From the NCBI GenBank assembly GCA_021498095.1, contig JAIZWK010000001.1, positions 360,001-392,000 of the forward strand: 32,000 bases of DNA. Direction: 5' to 3'. Numbering within the stretch: position 1 is the stretch's first letter; each line of letters starts with the position of its first letter. This DNA is from Candidatus Harpocratesius repetitus. Its GTDB lineage: Archaea; Asgardarchaeota; Lokiarchaeia; Sigyniarchaeales; Promethearchaeaceae. The translations under genes were made by a program, and so were the position numbers. The notes under the pieces were generated by a model. It was not told the DNA's origin. It did not search any database and saw only the letters and a program-made list of their open reading frames with translations. Positions 9,794 to 18,878 of the stretch are shown here, one piece after another.

Positions 9794-10033
9794 CTATATT
9801 TCGATTATTTTTTGATTTGTTCGTGATTTTTTCCGATTGTCAAGCAAGTAAGATTCAAAATCATCAAGATCTCTGTCATCTAGATCTTGAGCAATTCCAA
9901 AATGAGCAAGAGGGTTTTTTTCAACGCTTTTTAGAAGATTTTCGATAACATCGGAAAAACTTTCACTTCCTTTTTTTAATTTGGAAAGTTTTTCATAGAG
10001 TTCTTCTTTTATCGCAATCAATTTTGATGCCAT
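9794..10033 (-). CDS. vapB: Antitoxin, DUF217/VapB-like
   Basis: KLIAIKEELYEKLSKLKKGSESFSDVIENLL matches the archaeal DUF217 antitoxin pattern; 79 aa, 6 bp upstream of the PIN gene. Confidence 0.88.
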   Translation of the reverse strand: MASKLIAIKEELYEKLSKLKKGSESFSDVIENLLKSVEKNPLAHFGIAQDLDDRDLDDFESYLLDNRKKSRTNQKIIEI

Positions 10034-10147
10034 ATTTTATTTATATAAATATAAATATAAAAATTAACATATTAGTAAAATTCAATCAAAAAGCACAAAA
10101 ATAAAAAAAAATTGAACAAAAAAAAAATTGACCAATTTTATGCATTT

Positions 10148-11791
10148 CTATTTCTTTAATAAACGCCAAAATAACAAACCAATTCCAATAGAAAAGATTC
10201 CGAATATAACGAACCAAGCCCAGAGATTAAAAGAATTAGCCCAACACCAAGCAAGTAAAGCAACAGAAAGAGTCATTAACAAGGCGATTGGAGCCGTTTT
10301 TTTGACAACCTCACCTTCAATACCCATTTCATCAATTGTAGCTGCTGCATTTTGTATCTTTGCTGGAGATATTACCGAAGCCAACCCTCCTCCAATTCCA
10401 TTTGCAGCTCCTAATACTTTTCCATTAATTCCTAACGAAATCGCAGTTTCGGCATGATATGAAGTAAACATAGCGATTGCAGATGTCTCAGAACCACTTA
10501 AAAAGCCTCCAAACAAACCAATAAAAGGCACAACTAAAGGATAAAAAGTTCCAAAGGTTTGTGCACTAGCAGTAGCAAGTACTGAAACCATATTTTCAGC
10601 AGGATCCTTTATCCAATCTTCTCCATTATATGTATTGCCTGAATAAATGAAAATAAAGGCAACAGCAAAGAAAATACATGCGGCAAATACTGGTTTTAAA
10701 CTTCGTTTAATCCAAATTTTAACTGAAGTTTTTAGTTGATCTCGTGTAGGATGTAAGAAAATCATGGATAATAATGTAGAAATTAACACCCAAAAATAAG
10801 CATGGGCAAATACTGAAGTATTCACAGTAATATTTTGAAATTTAATTGGAAGTGCTAAAGTAATATGAAGAAATTCAAAAATAGGAGTGATTAAATTGGT
10901 TATAATTGCAAAAAGAATTAGCAAAATCCATGGAGAGAGAGCTTTAATCAAAGACATGGAAGCATCAATCTTTTTTTCTTCTTCAGTTAATACAGAACTA
11001 TCAATTACTTTGATATTCCTGATTTTTGCGACTAAAACAAGCATTCCTGCAGTAGTAAGTCCTGCAATAACTCCAGTTAAAGTTACAATACCAAAATAAT
11101 TTGTAATTATTGTGGTTCCACCTGCTGTCAAGCTTCCAACTAAGGAAAAAATAATGCCATCTTTACTGAATAATAACTTTTTCCCTCCAGCCAACCACAG
11201 CATTCCAAATGCAATTCCAAGCGTTACTAACGGCATAAACACAGAAAAAACAAATCCAGCTTCTTGTAATGGAATTCCCATAAACTCAGCAAAGAATACC
11301 GCAGGAACAGCCAAAAGAGCAAATGTGCACAAAGGATCGTAGCCGATAGAAGGAAGAGCAACGGCTGCAAATGCAGAATATCCCATAGCAGCGAGAACAG
11401 GAGGTAACATAGTTACAGGAGTTGCTCCAATAGATACTAAGAATGTTCCTAATGCAAGATTAATAAACATTATTTGAAAAGCTTGGTTTCCTCCCCCTAA
11501 TTTTTTAAAATTTACCACCAGTTTTTGTAGTGCGCCTGTTTTTTCCATCAAAGTCATCATTAAAATAGATGTAAGTACCATTAATGAGATTGGAAATGAT
11601 TTTACGATGCCTGCAAGGGAAACAATTAGACTAATCCGCCAATCCGTTTTAAAAACAGTTAAAGAAAGCACAAATAACATAATAAACAGTATAATTCCGA
11701 CAACATGCGCTTTCAATTTAAAATAGATAAGAAAAAACACGGCCAAAATAAAAGGAACAAGAATTAATATTATGTCTAAAAGTACGCTCAT
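10148..11791 (-). CDS. lctP: L-lactate permease (LctP/LldP family)
   Basis: 547-aa polytopic membrane protein with FGLLAVP-like FALLAVP, GFLSGSETSAIAMF and ASVISPAKIQNAAA motifs. Confidence 0.88.
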   Translation of the reverse strand: MSVLLDIILILVPFILAVFFLIYFKLKAHVVGIILFIMLFVLSLTVFKTDWRISLIVSLAGIVKSFPISLMVLTSILMMTLMEKTGALQKLVVNFKKLGGGNQAFQIMFINLALGTFLVSIGATPVTMLPPVLAAMGYSAFAAVALPSIGYDPLCTFALLAVPAVFFAEFMGIPLQEAGFVFSVFMPLVTLGIAFGMLWLAGGKKLLFSKDGIIFSLVGSLTAGGTTIITNYFGIVTLTGVIAGLTTAGMLVLVAKIRNIKVIDSSVLTEEEKKIDASMSLIKALSPWILLILFAIITNLITPIFEFLHITLALPIKFQNITVNTSVFAHAYFWVLISTLLSMIFLHPTRDQLKTSVKIWIKRSLKPVFAACIFFAVAFIFIYSGNTYNGEDWIKDPAENMVSVLATASAQTFGTFYPLVVPFIGLFGGFLSGSETSAIAMFTSYHAETAISLGINGKVLGAANGIGGGLASVISPAKIQNAAATIDEMGIEGEVVKKTAPIALLMTLSVALLAWCWANSFNLWAWFVIFGIFSIGIGLLFWRLLKK

Positions 11792-11915
11792 ATTGGTTAG
11801 AATTTTATGCCTAAAGTTATTTAAATCTCTTGGTTCTTTATTTGGGAAGAATAAAGCTGATGTTAAGCCTCTAACATAAATTGTTAAAATATATGTTGAG
11901 AATTAATATTATACA

Positions 11916-12110
11916 ATGAACAAGCTGCCAAATTCAGTTTCATACCAAATTGAATCGATTTCTAAATTTACTAAGATAATAAAAGCAGGAAAAAACTTGA
12001 ATCAGAAACAAGCACTAAAAATTGCCTTTCCTGATGCAAAAACATACGAATCCTTCGGCTTTACTATTATTGGTAATGATTTGCAAGTAAGAAAATACCA
12101 TTTTAAATAG
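11916..12110 (+). CDS. Small hypothetical protein (64 aa)
   Basis: ATG-started ORF divergent from lctP with no overlap and soluble-protein composition; no family recognised. Confidence 0.5.
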   Translation: MNKLPNSVSYQIESISKFTKIIKAGKNLNQKQALKIAFPDAKTYESFGFTIIGNDLQVRKYHFK

Positions 12111-12135
12111 TGAATTATTCTCATCTATCTCTCAA

Positions 12136-12193
12136 CCATCTCTTATCAACTGTTCATCCGTCTCTCATCAACTGTTCATCCATCTCTCATCAA
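12136..12193. repeat. 22-bp tandem repeat, about 2.6 units
   Basis: ccatctcttatcaactgttcat / ccgtctctcatcaactgttcat / ccatctctcatcaa, between convergent genes. Confidence 0.85.
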
Positions 12194-12215
12194 GATTAGG
12201 AAAAAAAGATGAAGA

Positions 12216-12452
12216 TTATGCTTTTTGTCCGATAAGTGAAGCACCTAGAACAATAAAGACAATTGAAATCAAAGCAGCAACCACAAAAGCGTAAAAAACA
12301 TCTGTCTCTTTTACTTCACGAGTATCAGCAAAACAAAATCGACCATTCCAAATTTCTTCATGATTATTATAATGTTTCTTAAAATCAATATATGTAATCC
12401 AAGATATAATCGAACCAATAAATAAAACAATAACAAGAGTAACAGTTGTCAT
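12216..12452 (-). CDS. Small 2-TM membrane protein, paralogue of 16414-16656
   Basis: TM - EEIWNGRFCFADTREVKETD - TM. Start placed at ATG 12452 (MTTVTL) by length match to the paralogue; the ORF track starts at 12479. Confidence 0.8.
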   Translation of the reverse strand: MTTVTLVIVLFIGSIISWITYIDFKKHYNNHEEIWNGRFCFADTREVKETDVFYAFVVAALISIVFIVLGASLIGQKA

Positions 12453-12792
12453 ATTTATTTCCATCAGCATTTTAATCATTTTTTTAGTTTATGTTAAAAT
12501 AATTAATATTTTATGGTTATAAAGGGGTAATTCTAAAACTAAAATAAAAATTTTTACCTCCCTATAGACAATCTTTATACTAAGAAAATAAAATTTAGTA
12601 CTTTTGCTGTTTTGAATATCTTTCTTTGAAAGGAATAATAAGAAAGGTTTTTTTCTACTGATAATACCGCTTTTTCAGTTATTATTATTTTTATTATTAA
12701 TGATTTCAATTATTAGTGTTCTTGCTTTCCTTATAAAGGGTATAAAAGGTTTTTATATGATTTCAATTTTAAGGTATCAAGAGGAAATACTC

Positions 12793-13620
12793 ATGGATAC
12801 TTCAAATTTACTGTACATAATTCAATTTGCGTTACTTGGATTATCTTATGGTGGTTTACTGATTTGGTTCTTAATAAAGAAAAGAGAATTCAAAGATGTA
12901 GAAATATCGCAAATTCGGATATTCTATATAATTTGGTTAACCATTACAATGCTTGAAAACATTTTATCAGCAATAAAATATGCTTATTTAGATATAAATC
13001 CAACTGGTACTTTCAAAACTCCTTATTCTATTCTAGAATTTTTAGAAATGACAATATTTTCTATCCTTTTTTGGGGATTTTTATCCTATATGTTTCATGA
13101 AAATAAAAAGGGAATAATTATTGGAGTCTTTTCATTTGTTCTAAAAATTGGAACGAATTTTGTTAATTTTTTCCTGATCCAATATATCACTTCTCAATAT
13201 TCAAGTGATTATCTACTGCTTTCCAACTTCCTTAGCTTAATAGTATTATCAAATAGTCTTTTAAATTTGATATTAGGGTTTATAATTATTGGTTTTGTTA
13301 GATCATCCACTCCATTTAGAAATCACCAAGAATTTTCCCAGAGTTTCTCTCTTGGAGTAATTGTTATGATTATTATATATCCTTTAATTCAAATCGCAAT
13401 CACAATTTTGATTTTTATATTGGCTGTGTTCACGAATTTATTGATTTCGAGTGATATTCTTGTTTATGGATTCTTCATATTAAAGTTAATTATACCATTT
13501 ATTGGAGTTCTGGGTATTTTCATAATTCAAAAGAGCATTTTCCAGTGGATTCAAAGTAAATCTCCTGAATATGAACCACAAATTTCTAGCTATTATTCTG
13601 AAACCAATGAAAATTTATAA
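12793..13620 (+). CDS. Hypothetical polytopic membrane protein, about 7 TM helices
   Basis: ATG 12793 has GAGGA 7 nt upstream (the ORF track starts at 12700); seven hydrophobic segments counted by eye. Confidence 0.75.
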   Translation: MDTSNLLYIIQFALLGLSYGGLLIWFLIKKREFKDVEISQIRIFYIIWLTITMLENILSAIKYAYLDINPTGTFKTPYSILEFLEMTIFSILFWGFLSYMFHENKKGIIIGVFSFVLKIGTNFVNFFLIQYITSQYSSDYLLLSNFLSLIVLSNSLLNLILGFIIIGFVRSSTPFRNHQEFSQSFSLGVIVMIIIYPLIQIAITILIFILAVFTNLLISSDILVYGFFILKLIIPFIGVLGIFIIQKSIFQWIQSKSPEYEPQISSYYSETNENL

Positions 13621-13933
13621 TGTATGATAACGTAGATAGCGAATATAACAGATTCAAATGGAATCAAATGAAAAAAAGGATAATCAATTCGATTATTAAG
13701 TTCTATGAAAAGAGATGCTGATTCAGATTGATTTCATGAAATTCCATAAAGAATTTTATTTTTTTCATAATATTTTAGAATTTAAGAAAAAAAATTCAAA
13801 ACTTTTTACTGCTAGATAACAAAAAGTTGAATAGACTTCATTTTGAATTATGAAAAATTTTTAATAAGCTTCCCAAAATACTCAAAATATTGAATAACTC
13901 TTATTTACAAAAAAAGTAAGGAAAAAATAAAAA

Positions 13934-16186
13934 ATGACACGTTCTATTAAAAAAACACTTTTGATATTGATTCTATTTACGCTATTCATCAATATTTTTG
14001 AACAAAATACAATAATACTCGACTCTTGTTCTCAAAAAGAGCATAATCCGAAGGCATTGTCAACTTTCTCAAATGAAAGCCATCAAAATATAATATCTTC
14101 GTTAAATCCCGCATTTCAGTGGAAAACTCTTTCAGATTCAGATGTTTCCCAATTGAAGAAAGAATGCGGAGTATATGACCCAAACAAGAATTATTCATTA
14201 CGATTTCAAGGCTATGGAACCGGAGCACTTCCACGAGATGAACAAGAGTGGGAAAGTTTAGTTGGAACTCATGTAGTTAAAGGAATTTCCAACGAACGAG
14301 AGATTGAAGAAAATCTTCCTGATTCTATTGATCATTCCACATCACCATATTTCCCTGCAGTAGGTAATCAAGGTATGCAACCTTCATGTTGTTCTTGGGC
14401 TGCAGGATATTATGCTTATGGATTTCAAGAAGCCAAAGATAACAAATGGAATGCAAAATCAGGAGATCCGCGCTTCTTATTAAGCCCAGCTTGGATATAT
14501 AACAAAATAAAACTTGGTTCAGAGGGAGGATCCAATTATGCAGGAAATTTTAGAATTTTAACAACGTTAGGATGTCCAACCATGTCAACTATGCCATATG
14601 TCGCAGAAGACGATGTAAGCTGGGGGTCTGAATCTGCATTTCGGGAAGCTCCACTCCATAGAGCCAAAGAATCATACAAAGCCTTTTTTTTTAATTCGGA
14701 AGAGAAAATATTAACAATTAAAGCACTTTTAAATAAGAGTATTTTGCCTGTTTTCTACATAGATGTTGCAATTTACCCAGAATACTGCTGGGGAAATGAT
14801 TTCATTGTTTCAACTGCAGATATAGCTTCTGGTGAAGGAGGTCATTGCCAAGCATTTGTAGGATATGATGATTCCATTGAAAAAGATGGAGAACTCGGTG
14901 CATTCAAAGTGGTTAATTCATGGGGAACAGACTTTGGAAAAAATGGCTTTTACTGGATTACTTATGATGCAATAATTAACATGCTCTATGAAATTGATTG
15001 GATTGAAGATATCCCTAATTATAAGCCAAATTTAGTTGCAACTTGGAAATTTTCAGTTGCACCAACAATGTTTACAAGCATTAAAATAGGAATTGGAACA
15101 TTCGATAATGTATTCCTAAAAAAAAGCTTTGAGCACTACGTTTACGAATCAACTCCTCTTCCAAAATTTATGGCACTCGATGTATCAGAATTAATGGAAT
15201 ACTATCAAACAAAATCAGCTGATTTCTTTATAGAACTAAATCGACCGTTAGTAAATAATTCCATTCTATCTTCATTTTTCATTGAATACTATGATAACGA
15301 TTATTCACCAGGATCTCCCACTAAAATAAGCCCTCAGTGTTTGGATGTTCCTTTAAAGATTGACAATAGAACTAAATCATACGCTCAAACCTTTCTTCCA
15401 GGAAAACCATCACCTCCTTCCTATGTTATGTACAGTAATTATTCTCAAACAATATCTTCTAGTGCGAAAAGTTTGATTAGTCCTAGTTCTACTAGTGATC
15501 TTCTAATCTCATGGAACTTTCCTTTATCAACAGGTTACGGCAATATTTCAGAATATCGATTATATCAAGTCGATCTCCCAGCAAATGAAATTAATCCGTT
15601 TGAATTGAACACATCAGCTGAAATTGTTCATTTTCTAAAGGAAATATCTCCTGTTGAACCATTTAAACCAAAGTATACAATAATTGACACATCTATTAAT
15701 TTTGAAGTTCAATCAATTCTTTTAACCGCTGTAAATGAATACGGTGAAAGTATTTTATCCCTTCCCGCAGTTCCATTTAGCCCAGAACTTCCAAATGAAC
15801 CAACAAACTTGAATGTTTCAAAAAGTAAATCCGCTATTCGTCTAACTTGGGCAATTCCTACCGATTTGGGAGGGGGAATTAATATTTCTTATAATATTTA
15901 TCGTGGAATTTCACCAGATTCTTTAGAAAAGATTGGAATCACAACAGATGTCGAATTTTTCGTAGATGAAACTGCAAAAAATAACAACAGTGAGGTTCTA
16001 TATTATGCAGTATCGGCCCAAAATGAAGCTGGGGAAGGAGAACTATCCGATACTATTGAAGTAATCAATGATCTGAGTAAATTAGGAATTTATTCCTATC
16101 CGGTTTATTTTGTAGGACTGATTTCTGTCGGATTTATAGCAGGACAACTAATATTTTTCGCTCAACGCCGAAAATTGAAAACATAA
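13934..16186 (+). CDS. Membrane-anchored C1A (papain-like) cysteine protease with FN3 domain(s) and a Loki-CTERM-like tail
   Basis: N-terminal signal-like hydrophobic stretch. Catalytic motifs GNQGMQPSCCSW (Gln, Cys), GGHCQAFVGYDD (His) and VVNSWG (Asn). FN3 pattern PNEPTNL...LTW...YNIYRG...YYAVSAQNEAGEG. C-terminal IYSYP + TM + RRKLK. Confidence 0.92.
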   Translation: MTRSIKKTLLILILFTLFINIFEQNTIILDSCSQKEHNPKALSTFSNESHQNIISSLNPAFQWKTLSDSDVSQLKKECGVYDPNKNYSLRFQGYGTGALPRDEQEWESLVGTHVVKGISNEREIEENLPDSIDHSTSPYFPAVGNQGMQPSCCSWAAGYYAYGFQEAKDNKWNAKSGDPRFLLSPAWIYNKIKLGSEGGSNYAGNFRILTTLGCPTMSTMPYVAEDDVSWGSESAFREAPLHRAKESYKAFFFNSEEKILTIKALLNKSILPVFYIDVAIYPEYCWGNDFIVSTADIASGEGGHCQAFVGYDDSIEKDGELGAFKVVNSWGTDFGKNGFYWITYDAIINMLYEIDWIEDIPNYKPNLVATWKFSVAPTMFTSIKIGIGTFDNVFLKKSFEHYVYESTPLPKFMALDVSELMEYYQTKSADFFIELNRPLVNNSILSSFFIEYYDNDYSPGSPTKISPQCLDVPLKIDNRTKSYAQTFLPGKPSPPSYVMYSNYSQTISSSAKSLISPSSTSDLLISWNFPLSTGYGNISEYRLYQVDLPANEINPFELNTSAEIVHFLKEISPVEPFKPKYTIIDTSINFEVQSILLTAVNEYGESILSLPAVPFSPELPNEPTNLNVSKSKSAIRLTWAIPTDLGGGINISYNIYRGISPDSLEKIGITTDVEFFVDETAKNNNSEVLYYAVSAQNEAGEGELSDTIEVINDLSKLGIYSYPVYFVGLISVGFIAGQLIFFAQRRKLKT

Positions 16187-16413
16187 ATTCTTAAAATGGC
16201 TTAGAATTCTTTTTTATCTAATTCTCTTTATTATTTCGTTTATTTTAAGTTCAATATTTGAAAAACAGTAATAATTTATAATTAATAATTCAGAAATTAT
16301 AACTACCATATTATTTTTAATGAAAGGATTTTCATGTATTTAAAGGACTAAAAGCATTTTTAAGGAGATTTGATGTTTAATACATTAACATTGCTATTCA
16401 ATATTGATTTATC

Positions 16414-16656
16414 ATGAAATCAGTTTACATTTACTTCATTATTTTTCTGATAATGAGCATTTTATGTTGGATTGAATATTTTTTCTTCAAACAGAAACTA
16501 TTAGATAATGAAGAAATTTGGAACAGACGATTTTGTTTTGCAGATACTAGAAAAGTGAAAGAATCAGATCTGCGATATTCTCTTTTTGCATCAATTATTA
16601 TTACAATTATCACTTTTTTCCTTGGTTTATCATCATTATATTCTTTATTTCACTAA
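16414..16656 (+). CDS. Small 2-TM membrane protein, paralogue of 12216-12452
   Basis: TM - EEIWNRRFCFADTRKVKESD - TM. Confidence 0.8.
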   Translation: MKSVYIYFIIFLIMSILCWIEYFFFKQKLLDNEEIWNRRFCFADTRKVKESDLRYSLFASIIITIITFFLGLSSLYSLFH

Positions 16657-17024
16657 ATCTGGCTAAAAGATGAGTTATTTTTTGAGAAAATGATTTATTA
16701 AAAATGTTTCAGATTAATTTTTTGCATATTTTTAGTATTCTTAATTTTACTCCTTTTCGCTACATATACAAATTAATGGTTACCGATTTTTTTGGTAAAT
16801 AATTGCACATTTTTCTCGCAAACTCAAGACCTGCAACCATCTACTTCTAAGTCTCCTCCTTCAGTATATATCCTTTAACTGATCGAGAAAATAATCAAAA
16901 GCTAACTTGTAATAAAAGAATCTATACCCTCATCACAAATTTCTTCCAAATTACATTATATATACGCTAGATTTTGCCCAAATTTAGAAAAAGTGAAAAA
17001 ATAATGAAAAAAGACACAAAACCC

Positions 17025-18170
17025 TTAGAAACATCTATGAATAACTTGAGGTCCTAATTCTTTATACTCGCGTCGAGTTACCCACATTCGTTGGAAAGTC
17101 TTTAAGCTTGCTAAAATAGACCCACCAATCCAAACGGAATACATACGCTCTGGAGGAGCAATAATCTTTACATCAACGCTTTCTGGGATTTGTTCCTTGA
17201 TTTCTTTTGTAAGTCGTTCTTTCAATCCTGGATACATAGTTGAACCACCAGAAAGAACGATGTTTCCATAAAGATCACGGCGTAAATCAACATCACATTG
17301 TTTGATGGCGTTACAAATAACATCATCTAAAGGTTCTAATTCTTTTCCAATAACTCCTGGGTTGAAGAAACACTCTGGAGCTAAGAAGCGCTCAACAGAT
17401 ACGGTAATGGTCTCACCATCTGGTAACATGTAAACTTTTTCCATTCCAGCAACTTTCTTTGATAACATAATTTCTTTTTCTGGATCTAAAGCCACATAGC
17501 AGAGTTTTTCTTTGATATCCCGTACAATTTCTTTTTCAGCTGAAGTTGTAAAGGAAAATCCTTTTTGTCGCAATAATCGTTGTAAATAGTTAGTAATATC
17601 CCGTCCGGCTAAATCTAAACGTGAAATGGCATGAGAGAGCGCAAAACCTTCATAAATTGGCACAACGTGAGAGACACCATCACCAATATCAATAACACAT
17701 CCAGTGGTTCGCCCAGAAGCATACAATGATAATACTGCTTGCATAGACACATAGAGTGCAGGGACATTAAAGGTTTCAAACATAATTTCAGCCATTTTCT
17801 CCCGATTTGGTCGCGGGTTTAACGGCGCTTCAGTCAACAACACAGGATGTTCTGAAGGATCAACCCGCAAATCTGTATAAAAGGTATAGTGCCAGATTTT
17901 CTCCATGGCGATCCAATCTTCTATAACACCATGTTCCACTGGGAACATGAGTTTTAAGACACCTTTCAATTGTAATGCTTCTTCACCGATATAATATTCC
18001 CGGGTGTAGTGTTCGACATCAGTCATAATGGAAGTATACTTAGGATATCCAATCAAAGTGGGGAACACAGATCTTGGTTGATCTTCTCCTGCAAATCCAT
18101 TTTTGGAGATCCCGGTACCATTATCGACCACAAGGGGTTTTGCGGCCAACCAATCGCTTTCGTTGCTCAT
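17025..18170 (-). CDS. Asgard actin (Lokiactin type)
   Basis: [87 protein letters not shown] and C-terminal IHRCF. Start at ATG 18170 (GTGAT upstream); the ORF track starts at GTG 18179. Confidence 0.97.
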   Translation of the reverse strand: MSNESDWLAAKPLVVDNGTGISKNGFAGEDQPRSVFPTLIGYPKYTSIMTDVEHYTREYYIGEEALQLKGVLKLMFPVEHGVIEDWIAMEKIWHYTFYTDLRVDPSEHPVLLTEAPLNPRPNREKMAEIMFETFNVPALYVSMQAVLSLYASGRTTGCVIDIGDGVSHVVPIYEGFALSHAISRLDLAGRDITNYLQRLLRQKGFSFTTSAEKEIVRDIKEKLCYVALDPEKEIMLSKKVAGMEKVYMLPDGETITVSVERFLAPECFFNPGVIGKELEPLDDVICNAIKQCDVDLRRDLYGNIVLSGGSTMYPGLKERLTKEIKEQIPESVDVKIIAPPERMYSVWIGGSILASLKTFQRMWVTRREYKELGPQVIHRCF

Positions 18171-18254
18171 AATGATCACAAAAATTTTGGGTTCGAAATA
18201 TCGTTTTTTAATTGCGTAAAAACTGAGTTTCTTAGTTATTATCTTCCCTTCGAA

Positions 18255-18269
18255 CTTAAAAACTTTTAC
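18255..18269 (-). promoter_or_regulatory. Putative BRE-TATA promoter of the actin gene
   Basis: Minus strand reads gtaaaag-TTTTTAAG, a purine-rich BRE directly followed by a TATA box, about 85 nt upstream of the actin ATG. Confidence 0.5.
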
Positions 18270-18602
18270 TCGTAAATTGATAAGAGTGGTATAGCGGGTG
18301 AGGAGGGGAGAAAAAAGAAAGATACCAGACTAATATTTGGAATGCCCATAAATATCTAGTTTGAAGGAAAAGGGTGAATCTCATCTTAAAGCGGTAAATC
18401 ATGAAGAATAAAATCAAATAAAAGATAAAGGAATATTCAAAGTCTAAAACGCAATAATAAAGTAAATCTTAATAGAATCATTTGAATTGAAAAAACAAGA
18501 TAAGATAATTAAAAAAACCATTAAGTTTATTCTTTATTTATTAATATCTAATAGAAAAAAATAATTCTAAAAATTAAATAGGTTTTTAATGGAAAAATTC
18601 GT

Positions 18603-18759
18603 AAAAGTCATCTAAATTTTGGAATGCATGAAGGGTAAATTGATATTTATATGTAGTGTTTTTTATTATTCAATATTTTTTCATTGGTTTCGCACCCCAT
18701 GAATTATCTCCTCCTACTGCTTGTTTAATATAATCAATATTTAGGGTAATCAAATGTCT
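18603..18759 (-). pseudogene. Displaced, degenerate copy of the beta-galactosidase 3' end (direct-repeat copy A)
   Basis: 146/157 identical, gap-free, to 21272-21428. Minus-strand translation is [51 protein letters not shown], with TGA where lacZ has CGA (Arg). Confidence 0.88.
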
Positions 18760-18878
18760 TCGGATTCGGACTATTTTAGTGAAACCATGCTTTTAAATGC
18801 GGTGGATCTTTTTACGGCTGCATGGGATTTAAAGTATCCACAAAATTGATAAAATGTAAAAAAACATTATCTTATAGG

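Noticed and set aside
9374-10033. VapBC pair as a novel system or mobile-element marker
   Set aside because: It is an ordinary archaeal type II TA pair, with no flanking repeats, integrase or transposase seen.
12793-13620. 7-TM protein as a rhodopsin (Lys in TM7)
   Set aside because: The TM7 context YGFFILK lacks the DxxxK (type 1) or SxxxK (heliorhodopsin) motif and the usual Tyr-to-Lys spacing.
16770-16950. Minus-strand frame downstream of actin with CRS-TGA-VC as a possible selenoprotein
   Set aside because: The frame also contains TAG and TAA stops, has no credible start, and no SECIS-like hairpin was recognised.
18280-18600. Purine/G-rich stretch upstream of actin as a tRNA or other ncRNA
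   Set aside because: No cloverleaf, T-loop or stable stems could be built.
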